Below, one piece after another: positions 17,811-26,300 of a DNA stretch of 49,003 nt. Each line of letters opens with the position of its first letter. The first letter of the stretch is position 1. Origin of the DNA: Candidatus Anoxychlamydiales bacterium (GTDB lineage Bacteria > Chlamydiota > Chlamydiia > Chlamydiales > SM23-39). The position numbers were made by a program, and so were the translations under genes. The notes beneath the pieces are model-generated. The model was not told the DNA's origin, ran no database searches, and was given only the letters and a program-made list of their open reading frames with translations. The DNA is taken from positions 1 through 49,003 of the forward strand of contig JAAKFN010000001.1 in NCBI GenBank assembly GCA_011065045.1, written 5' to 3'.

Positions 17811-19946
17811 ATGAAAGTATTTTTTTTATTAATATTTATATTAGTTTATGCGTGCTTTGTAAACGGGGCGTTTTGCAATGTTGATTCATATTTTGAACAT
17901 TTAGACAAAGTAAAGAAAGTTGAAAGTAAAATAAATAAGAGTCTGCCTTTTACTTATAATCAGATGTGTCTAGGAGGTTATTTTGCTATGCCATCTGCAA
18001 AAACAAATGATCCAGGCACTTTTGCATTTTGTTATTCTAATAGCTCTCCTTATCAGATCCTCAGTGCAAATTTTCAGTATTTCGATCGAGTAGAACTCTC
18101 TGGTAATTTTTGGATTTTTAAAAATGTATTAGAGCCAACTTTTGGGAAAATGGGATTCGGTGATGATGCAGATAGAGCTGCAAATATAAAATTTGCTCTA
18201 CTTAAAAAAAAAGATGGATTTGAGTTTTTACCTGAAATTGCTATTGGGTTAAATGATTTTTATGGATCAAAGAGGTTTTATTCAAAATACGTAGTTGTAA
18301 CAAAAGAGTTTTTTGATCAAAATTTTGAGGCGACTATCGGTTATGGTGGAGGAAGGATTAAAGGTTTTTTTGCGGGCCTTTCATATTTCCCATTTTTAAA
18401 AAAATCAAAGTATTTAAAAAACCTGAGCTTTTTAGCAGAACTAGATGCAAACGATTATAAAAATCATGATAGAGAACATCCAAAAGGTAGAGAGCAAAAT
18501 TTTCCGATAAATGTAGGACTTAATTTTTCCTTTTTAGATGTTTTTCAATTCTCCGTAAATTCTCTTAGAGGTAAAGAAATAGCAGGTTCTTTAACCGCAT
18601 CTTACAATATTGGAAAATCTAACGGGCTTTTTCCAAAATATCTAGACCCTCCTGTTTTTTCAGATTTTAGAAATCTTGATTTCTCAAATCTAAAAGAAGA
18701 AAAAGATTTTTCAAAAAATCTAGCCTTAGCTTTTAAAGATGAGGGATTAGATCTCATGAAGGCTTCTGTATTTGTTGATTCTAATGATAATAAATGCCTA
18801 GCTCTAAAAATTATTAATCAACGATATAGAAATGAGAAAATCTTAAAATTAAGAATACAAAATGTTTTAAGTTTTTTCCCATTAGATGATTATTATAGCT
18901 TAGTTGCAAGGGTGGAATCAGAAGGTATAAATCTTCATGAATACTCATTTAAAAAAGAGTATTTAAATTCTTTTAAAGAAAAAAAAATGGGGAGATTTGA
19001 ACTCGATGCTTTAACTCAAATAAAGGATTATTCATTAAAAGAAGATGAAAGTTTTTCAAAAGTTTTATATCTCAGAAAAAAAAGCCCCTACTCTTTATCT
19101 GTTCGTCCAAAAGTGAATGCTTTTTTCGGAGCTTGCAAAGGGAAATTCAAATATGACGCAGGATTTTTAGCAAACCTAGATGGTTATCTATTCGATGAGC
19201 TTTATTATAATTTGCAGCTAAGTTACATAGCGAAACAAGCAAGCGCTCAGGTTGGAAGCAAGGATATTTACAACCCATCTCAAATTATCAATGTTAGATC
19301 TGATTTTGTAAAATATTTTGAAACTAATTCATTTCATGTTGATACTGCTTTTATTCAAAAAAACTTCAATTTGAAAAAAGCTTTTTTTGCAAAAGTAGCT
19401 CTCGGTTATTTTGAAATAGCTTATGCAGGACTTGCTTTAGAGACTTTATATTATCCAATAAATTCAAGTTTTGCTTTTTCAATAGAGGCTGCAAATGTCT
19501 ATAAAAGAAAATATAGTGGGTTAAATTTTCAAAAAAAAATAAGAAAATTTAATAATGATAAAGAGGAATTTGAAAAATTTATAGGCTTGCAATATTTTTT
19601 GAATTTATATTTTGATGTAAAACCGCTTGACTTAACTTTTAAAACATCTATAGGTCAGTTTTTAGCAAAAGATAAAGGTATTAAATTAGAGATTTTAAAA
19701 TATTTTAAAAGTGGATTTGAGTTATCTACTTGGATAACTTTTACAGATAAAATCGATATCGTTAACTCTAAGAGGTATTTCGATAAAGGCTTTTCTTTTA
19801 GAATTCCTTTAGATCTTTTTATGAATAAGTCTTCTCGGAAAAGATTTAATTTTAAGATGTCTGAGTGGCTTAGAGACGTTGGAGCAAAATCTCAGACAGG
19901 AAAAGAATTGTACATGATCATTCATGATGAGAGAAATTCTTTGTAG
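17811..19946 (+). CDS. YjbH/DUF940-like outer-membrane protein (tentative)
   Basis: 711 aa with a signal peptide. Segments such as IGLNDFYGSKRFYSKYVVVTKEF, LGYFEIAYAGLALETLYYP and YFDKGFSFRIPLD resemble conserved YjbH-family blocks. This is recalled from the family pattern, not aligned. Confidence 0.45.
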   Translation: MKVFFLLIFILVYACFVNGAFCNVDSYFEHLDKVKKVESKINKSLPFTYNQMCLGGYFAMPSAKTNDPGTFAFCYSNSSPYQILSANFQYFDRVELSGNFWIFKNVLEPTFGKMGFGDDADRAANIKFALLKKKDGFEFLPEIAIGLNDFYGSKRFYSKYVVVTKEFFDQNFEATIGYGGGRIKGFFAGLSYFPFLKKSKYLKNLSFLAELDANDYKNHDREHPKGREQNFPINVGLNFSFLDVFQFSVNSLRGKEIAGSLTASYNIGKSNGLFPKYLDPPVFSDFRNLDFSNLKEEKDFSKNLALAFKDEGLDLMKASVFVDSNDNKCLALKIINQRYRNEKILKLRIQNVLSFFPLDDYYSLVARVESEGINLHEYSFKKEYLNSFKEKKMGRFELDALTQIKDYSLKEDESFSKVLYLRKKSPYSLSVRPKVNAFFGACKGKFKYDAGFLANLDGYLFDELYYNLQLSYIAKQASAQVGSKDIYNPSQIINVRSDFVKYFETNSFHVDTAFIQKNFNLKKAFFAKVALGYFEIAYAGLALETLYYPINSSFAFSIEAANVYKRKYSGLNFQKKIRKFNNDKEEFEKFIGLQYFLNLYFDVKPLDLTFKTSIGQFLAKDKGIKLEILKYFKSGFELSTWITFTDKIDIVNSKRYFDKGFSFRIPLDLFMNKSSRKRFNFKMSEWLRDVGAKSQTGKELYMIIHDERNSL

Positions 19947-20051
19947 CTTAATATATGTATTGATCTGTTTTCAAATTAATACCAAAGATAGAAGACTGTA
20001 AATTTAAAGATTCCAGATAAGGTTTTTATAGTGTTGCATAAGTCTTTTGTA

Positions 20052-20154
20052 ATACCATTTCTAAAAATTAGTTATCAAAAATAATTTTAAAGTCGTCTCT
20101 ACATTGAAAAAATAAAAATAAAGTTTTTTAACTATTGTTTTTTAGAAATGGTAT
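20052..20154. mobile_element. 103-bp MITE-like element, copy A (16-bp perfect terminal inverted repeats ataccatttctaaaaa)
   Basis: Its reverse complement matches 22309..22411 at 101 of 103 positions. Its own two ends are perfect inverted repeats of each other. Confidence 0.75.
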
Positions 20155-20215
20155 CAGTTTGCTGATTGCCAAGTCCTTTTAAGGGGGGCTAGGGCTTTAA
20201 GCGCGCCAGGAACGT

Positions 20216-20494
20216 TTATTGACACTGCCCTGTCTTTAAAATGAAGTCTACAGCCTCTTTAAACGTGCATTTCATAACTGACATTACTAAAGCTATTATA
20301 CTGTCTCCTCTGCAATTACATCCAAAACACTTATATAAGTTAGTTTTTACATCAAAAGATAAACTTTTAGTTTTTTCATCATGTCCATTAAAGCAATAGG
20401 CTTTTTTATCAGTTCCAATTTCTAATCCTAGGCTTTCAGCCACCTCTAATATGGGGGTGAACTTAGCTCTGTCTTTTGTTTCTTTATCAATCAT
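20216..20494 (-). CDS. CHC2 zinc-finger (DnaG-primase-type) domain protein
   Basis: C.NGHDEKTKSLSF...YKCFGCNCRGDSI fits the CHC2 pattern CP.H.EKTPSF...CFGCG..GD.I. It is only 92 aa, i.e. the finger without a primase catalytic domain. Confidence 0.65.
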   Translation of the reverse strand: MIDKETKDRAKFTPILEVAESLGLEIGTDKKAYCFNGHDEKTKSLSFDVKTNLYKCFGCNCRGDSIIALVMSVMKCTFKEAVDFILKTGQCQ

Positions 20495-20691
20495 TTTAAG
20501 TTAAGCTCGCCTTGTTGTTTATGGTTACCCTTTTCTTTTAAGTTTGAGAAGAACGATTCTAATATATAATTTACGGCTCTTGCTCTTGAGAATTTATTTT
20601 GCCAACGCCAGTTTTCTAAAATCTCAAATAGATGTGCATCAAATGTCATGCAGATGTTTTTTGTTTTCCGTTTACCTCTTATGTTACTCAT
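20491..20691 (-). CDS. Small ribbon-helix-helix-like DNA-binding protein (tentative)
   Basis: 66 aa, a basic N-terminus, then ICMTFDAHLFEILE...SRARAVNYILESF (beta-strand/helix/helix pattern of CopG/Arc type). Overlaps the downstream gene by 4 nt. Confidence 0.4.
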   Translation of the reverse strand: MSNIRGKRKTKNICMTFDAHLFEILENWRWQNKFSRARAVNYILESFFSNLKEKGNHKQQGELNLK

Positions 20692-20937
20692 TTTTGTTCT
20701 TTAAGTGTGGTTCATAAAGTACTAAAATAAATAATAATTCCCTAGAAATTCTTATAGATCAGCTACTCGCCGCTGCTTGACCATTCAAATTTTGCACAAA
20801 GTCGAGTTAATCTAACATACAGATTTATAAAAAGTTATGAAAAAAAACCACATCGCAATTGCCTTTTTTAAATTTTAATTTGATAGAAAATATTTTTTCT
20901 TTAATAATAGAATGTAAATTTTAAAAGGCGGTGATTT

Positions 20938-21345
20938 ATGAGCGCTTCATCTTCTACAGAGAAGACAGATCAATCTTTAAAAGAAGGCTTTGCGGCTGGT
21001 GTATTCTCTGCCTGGGGAGCTCAAGCTGCAGGGGAGTTTGTAAAGGATCGGATATTTGGTCCTGTAAAAAAAACATCCATTGCATTTGCAGAAAATTTTA
21101 GAAGAGGAGATGCTATTTCTTTAGAAAGGAAACAAGAGTTTCAATTCTATATGGAAAGTCAAAAAGAACAAGAAAACTATTTTCGTTTAAAACGTGAAGT
21201 GACTAAATTAGCATTAGAGCAAAAGATTGATCCTTTTATGCTAATTAGAGTAATGGAAAAGCAACAAGAATTATCATATTTGTCTGGTAGAGAATGTACA
21301 ATATTGTCACAAGTGAAAAAATCAATAAATGAGGAAAAAAAATAA
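20938..21345 (+). CDS. Hypothetical protein (cassette gene)
   Basis: 135-aa ORF with an RBS-like aaggcgg upstream. Visibly higher G+C than the surrounding DNA. Its stop overlaps the next ATG (TAATG). Confidence 0.5.
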   Translation: MSASSSTEKTDQSLKEGFAAGVFSAWGAQAAGEFVKDRIFGPVKKTSIAFAENFRRGDAISLERKQEFQFYMESQKEQENYFRLKREVTKLALEQKIDPFMLIRVMEKQQELSYLSGRECTILSQVKKSINEEKK

Positions 21346-21428
21346 TGAAGAGTACAGAAATTTATATCCCGCCACCTCCATACGGAGAGTACATAAAATA
21401 TCTTGCAACAGGGACAATTATTATTTAA
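21345..21428 (+). pseudogene. Truncated 27-aa paralog of the N-terminus of the 21575..21910 ORF
   Basis: MKSTEIYIPPPPYGEYIKYLATGTIII* aligns with MIQTQTYLPNIPWSEYGKYVVVGTGIFL.... It is part of a ~230-bp degenerate tandem duplication. Confidence 0.5.
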
Positions 21429-21574
21429 GCAGCAAACAACAGAATTAGCTCTCCAACGAAGGCTGATCCATTCTTGATCATTAGAGTGTTGGAAGAGTAA
21501 CAATGTAAAGAAGATCTAGATGGAAAAGATATTGCAATATTAAGACAAATTCAAGAAAAAATAGAGGAAAAAAC

Positions 21575-21910
21575 ATGATACAAACACAAACTTATCTTCC
21601 CAATATTCCCTGGAGTGAGTACGGTAAATATGTAGTAGTAGGGACTGGAATTTTTTTAACCGCCTATCCAATAAAAAAAGGTGTTGAAAATGCGCTAGAA
21701 AAAAAGGTAGATGATGTTGCCTCCCGATCCCGATTGGCACACGTTGCAAGTACTGTCTACGGAGGAGGAATTGCGTATCTATTGAAAGCAATATATTCAA
21801 AGTCTTTACAAGTTCCAGAAGTGGTTATTTTAGCTGGAGGTTTCCTTGGCCTCATTGGGTCTTCTTCATGTCTTTGGAAAAGATGTTTGAGTCGGGCAAG
21901 AAAACAATAG
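21575..21910 (+). CDS. Hypothetical small membrane protein (cassette gene)
   Basis: 111 aa with hydrophobic segments (YVVVGTGIFLTAY, VVILAGGFLGLIGSSS). The paralogous fragment upstream supports this strand over the overlapping minus-strand ORF. Confidence 0.5.
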   Translation: MIQTQTYLPNIPWSEYGKYVVVGTGIFLTAYPIKKGVENALEKKVDDVASRSRLAHVASTVYGGGIAYLLKAIYSKSLQVPEVVILAGGFLGLIGSSSCLWKRCLSRARKQ

Positions 21911-21934
21911 AAGGCTCTCTCAAAGGTATTTAAG

Positions 21935-22261
21935 ATGGTTGCTCAAACTATCGACACTTATAAACCTATCGGGATTTATGATTATACTCATACAAATGGG
22001 AAAGAATGGCAAATACGCTTTGAAAGACCAATTAATAAAGAACAAGCTAAGAAACCAAATTCAATTAGAGCGTATACAGCTGATTTAACAAAAAACCCCC
22101 CTCATGTATCGATGATATTTGCTACGAACATTATACTTGAGAACGGCGAAGCTATTTCAAGCCTTCAAACACACGAGCAAAATCTTGTTATTGATGACTT
22201 GATCCGTGGAACCAGAAACATCACAGTTGTAGATAGCTTCCTGGGGCAACTGATCCAATAG
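21935..22261 (+). CDS. Hypothetical protein (cassette gene)
   Basis: 108-aa ORF with no family recognised. It ends 48 nt before MITE-like copy B. Confidence 0.45.
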   Translation: MVAQTIDTYKPIGIYDYTHTNGKEWQIRFERPINKEQAKKPNSIRAYTADLTKNPPHVSMIFATNIILENGEAISSLQTHEQNLVIDDLIRGTRNITVVDSFLGQLIQ

Positions 22262-22308
22262 AATGAGTCCCCGCAACAATCATTTTGATATTTTATAAAT
22301 GCAATTTT

Positions 22309-22411
22309 ATACCATTTCTAAAAAATAATAGTTAAAAAACTTTATTATTATTTTTTCAATGTAGAGACGACTTTAAAATTATTTTTGATAACTAATTTTT
22401 AGAAATGGTAT
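22309..22411. mobile_element. 103-bp MITE-like element, copy B (inverted relative to copy A)
   Basis: Has the same 16-bp terminal inverted repeats. It differs from the reverse complement of copy A at 2 positions. Confidence 0.75.
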
Positions 22412-22508
22412 AATTAGCGGTCTATATGTATGAATATGGCCAATTAAATTTCTTCATTACAAAACCAACTAAATTTGGTAATATGGATAGCAAAGGAAAT
22501 ATGATCAG

Positions 22509-22673
22509 ATGCCGTTAAGTGGGAAAAAGATGGCTATGCTAAAATAAAAGACGGAATAAGGAAGCCACATGAAATATAGAAAGGATAATAAAACAGTAAT
22601 TATTCCTAATCATAAAGAATTAAAAAGAGGATTAGAAAAAGCTTTGTTAAAGTTTTTAAAGGAGATCAAATAA
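22509..22673 (+). pseudogene. hicA: hicA-like toxin gene, disrupted by frameshifts/stops
   Basis: HicA-like pieces lie in three frames: MPLSGKK..., ...WEKDGYAKIKDGIRKPH..., and MKYRKDNKTVIIPNHKELKRGLEKALLKFLKEIK*. The last piece ends in TAATG overlapping the hicB start. No single frame spans the region. Confidence 0.55.
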
Positions 22674-23098
22674 TGCGTTATCATTTTAAAATGCATAAAG
22701 AAGGAAAGAGCTTTTGGGCTGAATGTCTAGAACTTAAAGGCTGTATTACTCAAGGAAATTCTAAGGCAGAATTATTAGAAAATATGCAAGAAGCTCTTAA
22801 TTTATACTTAGAAGAGCCTGAAAATTCTTCATATTTAGCTCCTTTACCAAAAAAAATAAAAAAAACTACTGCTTCTATAATTGAAGTTCACGTAGATCCT
22901 GAAATTGCTTTTTCATTTCTGGTTAGATATTACAGAATTAAAAATAATATGACTCAAGCTGAATTAGCTAAAGAACTTGGATTTAAAAGAATTTATAGTT
23001 ATCAACGCCTTGAGAGAAAATGTAATCCTACTCTTGAGACTATTTTTATGATAAAAAGTTTTTTTCCTGAATTTTCCATTGATTATGCTCTTTCATGA
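22673..23098 (+). CDS. hicB: HicB-family antitoxin with C-terminal XRE-type HTH
   Basis: The N-terminus YHFKMHKEGKSFWAECLELKGCITQGNSKAELLENMQEALNLYLEE is the HicB/UPF0150 pattern. The C-terminus NNMTQAELAKELGFKRIYSYQRLERKCNPTLETI is a Cro/C1-type HTH. Confidence 0.8.
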   Translation: MRYHFKMHKEGKSFWAECLELKGCITQGNSKAELLENMQEALNLYLEEPENSSYLAPLPKKIKKTTASIIEVHVDPEIAFSFLVRYYRIKNNMTQAELAKELGFKRIYSYQRLERKCNPTLETIFMIKSFFPEFSIDYALS

Positions 23099-23353
23099 AA
23101 AAACTCAGATATTTCCAAAAATTACTAGTTTGAAATTTATTTTTTTATCTTTTACATTACATTTAAAGAATCTGTTTCTTTTAATGCTAAATTTAACTCT
23201 ATTTTCCACGCTCTTCCTTTGTTTGAAAGAGTGACATTTTAATTTAGCCGAAATGTGATTTTTCTACCTAGCTCTAACAAGAATTTGTTTCTTCTTTACA
23301 AAAAATATTTTATTTGTAAACAATGTTTGCAAATTATTTTTTGAAATAAAAAA

Positions 23354-26300
23354 ATGCTGCGTTTATTTTTTGTTTTTTTCTTAGTTAATTTCCATATATT
23401 TGCAAACAATTTTGAAACAAATTTTCAAGCAACCGTTGCAGCAGAACCTTCCGTGATGTTAGAAGGTTGTGTAAACTTAATGACAGGTCAGTTGTACATA
23501 AATGACGTTGATATAATAGCAGAGGGAAAAGAGCCAATTTACTTTTCAAAATCTTATACCAGTATGTTTTCTGCGTATTCTTTAGACGATCTTATTGGTA
23601 GGTGGTCTGAAATTGAAGATGCCGTAAATGAGGGATGGGGAGGGGATAAACATGTGATGGCATATATTGGATATGACTATGAGAGAAAAAAAGATTATTA
23701 TATTAGAGCTAATAGAAGAGCAGATGTATATGATCCAAACGGAACAATGTTGAGTTTTGAGTTTCCTCAAGTTAAACCACCTAAAAAAAAATTTTGGGAC
23801 ACCAAAGAAGAAAAAAAAGAAAAAAAACAAGAATTTGAAGATGAAAAAGCTAAAACAAGACCTTTAAAATTAATAGAAAATCAAAATTTTTATCAAAAAG
23901 CTATTACGAATGCAAAGGATAACTATAAGAATACTACAGCTAAAGCTCATGGAGAGCACAACTTAAGAGTTAAATCACCTAACGGAACAATAAGGCATTA
24001 TTATAGAAAAGATGCCGCTTTTGATCCCTATTCACTTGAATGGGAAATCCTTCCAAATGGGAATAAACTTGAATATATTGTAAAAGATCATGAGCTGAAA
24101 GAAATAAAAAGTAAAAGTCCAAGTGGCAAAATCTATGCTCGGTTAACATTAAATAAAATTTATCAAAAAGATAAAACTTTAGTAGTAGAGACTAATTCTC
24201 AGAAAACAATCAAATATGAATATAAAAAAGAAAAAATAAAAGATGAAAACAAAGAAAAAAAGGAAAAAAGTTTTTTAGGACATAAAACATCTCCATATGG
24301 AGATGAACATTTTGAATATCATAAAAATAAGTTTTTCTTATTAAAAACTTGTATTTACCCTCAAAATAGGCTTTTTCAAATTGAGTATTACGACAATAAC
24401 AAAAAAAAAGACTGGAAAAGGGTCTCGGAGCTCAAATCATATTTAGGTAAAGCTCAAAATTTAAAAACTCTTTATCGAATTTATTATGAACAAATACCTG
24501 AGTTAAACAAAACAAAAGGCCAAACAACTCTCATAGATGCAAATGGGAATCAAACTAAATATTTTTTTTCAACAAAACTTAGATTAGAAGGAATTGAAAG
24601 ATTTGAAAATGTTAATGGTGGGCAGAAGTTTAAAAATTTTGAAGAATTTATTTGGAGGGATAATGGCTTTTTTCTTGGTCAAATATATATCAATGAACAC
24701 AGGCAACGAGTAAAAGCTATAAGAAATATCTATGGTGGGAACACAGGAAACATAATAAGTCAAATAACTTATGGAAATATATCTGGAAAATGTAATAAAT
24801 CTATCGAGCTAGGTAGTGATAATTTGCCCATAGATAATGGGATTGAAATGTATGTGAAAAATTATACATATAGCAATAATAATCAAATCAAATCTGAGAT
24901 CGATCAAAACTCTTTTGGAACTGAATATACCTACCTTACAATGAAAATTCATGGAGAAGATTTTGAAACAAGTTTACCTTTAACAAAATTTACAATTTTT
25001 AATTCAGAGATAAAGAAAAGAATTTTTTATTCATATGATAACGATAATGTTTTAATAGAAGAGATTGAAGATAATGGTGTCTCTCGACAAAAAGAGAATT
25101 TAGAAGGAGTAACTAGAAGGATAATTAAAAGAATAGAGCCTCAGACAAAAGAACCATATGGTTTAGCCGAGTATGTTAAAGAGTATTATTATGACATAGA
25201 TGAAAAAGTAGAGAAGTTTCTAAAAAAAGAAAAATATGAATATTCAAAAAGTTGCAAAGTTATAAAAAAACATGTTTTTGGATCAGACGATGAACTGAAA
25301 TATACTCTAAATTATGAATATGATCCCAGTAATGATAATTTAATTTCTGAAAATGATCCTTTAGGAAGAAAAGCATTTTATAACTATGACAAAAACAGCA
25401 ATAAAATTTATGAAAAGACTTTTACTAACAAGGAAATATATTTTGAATATGATCTATGTAATAGATTAGTTTCAAAAACGATTAAAGATAAGAAGCAAAA
25501 CTACATTGAAGAATATGAATATGATGCTAAGCATAATAAAATTTCTCAAAAGGATTTTTATGGAAATATCACTAGGTTCAACTATGATTCTTTAGGAAAT
25601 GTTATCGAAGAGATTTCTCCAAAGACTGAAGATTGTTTTGGAATAGCTTCTTTTTCCAAAAAGTGTTTTGAATATGACGCGTTTTCTAGACAAATTAAAA
25701 AAACAGATGAAAAGGGAAATTCAACAAATATTTCCTATAATATTTTTGATCAACCAATAAAAATTGAATACCCCGATGCTACTACAGAGGAATTTGAATA
25801 TAACTTAGATGGAACTCTAAAACATCACATAGATCAAATTAAAACAAAAATTGAGTATACATATGATTATTTGAAAAGAGTTATTTCAAAAACAATACTA
25901 TCTCCTACAAATGATGTTTTATCAGAGGAGTTTTTTGAATATGATGCTTTTAATCTTATTTCAAAAACTGATAGGGCTGGAAATATCACAAAATATACTT
26001 ATGATGGAGCCGGAAGAAAGATAAAAGAAGAAGTTTTTTCTGAGGCGCAATCTAATCTTTCAAAAGAAGAGTATTTTTATGATGAACTTGGGTTTTTAGA
26101 AAAAACTTTTAAAGCTGATTCTTTATTTACCATTTATAAAAGAGATTTTCTTGGAAGAGTATTAGAAGAAAAACAAAAAGATATTAATGGTTATGAGCTT
26201 AGAAAAGTTCAACATCAATACGATGATAAAGAGAATAAAAAAATTATTATTTTATATATATCAGAAGGGGAGTCTAAAGAAACAAAGACATTTGATTCAT

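Noticed and set aside
19947-20216. tRNA or tmRNA gene as an island attachment site near the left border. This includes the locally GC-rich patch aaggggggctagggctttaagcgcgccagg at about 20182-20211.
   Set aside because: I could not fold any cloverleaf and saw no conserved T-loop (GTTCRANNC) or D-loop features. No copy of the patch is seen at the right border. Left as unexplained GC-rich spacer.
21177-21800. Minus-strand ORFs 21177..21503 and 21540..21800 in the MITE-flanked cassette.
   Set aside because: The plus-strand reading is supported by two observations: the TAATG-coupled gene junction, and the protein-level conservation between the two units of the tandem duplication. The minus-strand ORFs have no such support, although with unknown proteins this call is not certain.
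23783-23827. A9, A8 and A8 homopolymers in the 5' part of the RHS gene as phase-variation tracts.
   Set aside because: They encode a lysine-rich stretch (PKKKFWDTKEEKKEKKQE) and the ORF is intact. A-runs of this length are common throughout this AT-rich window, so there is no specific signal, unlike the unique G9 tract in the Fic gene.
23582-23830. 82-aa minus-strand ORF rich in F (MFFFFFFFFGVPKFFF...) inside the RHS gene. Also antisense ORFs at 29914..30099, 31965..32153, 34213..34416, 35647..36033, 36919..37104, 40627..40815, 42891..43079, 43370..43630 and 45755..45979.
   Set aside because: These are complements of poly-lysine (AAA/AAG) coding stretches or of well-supported genes (uvrB, the permease, the ATPase). 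They are shadow ORFs.
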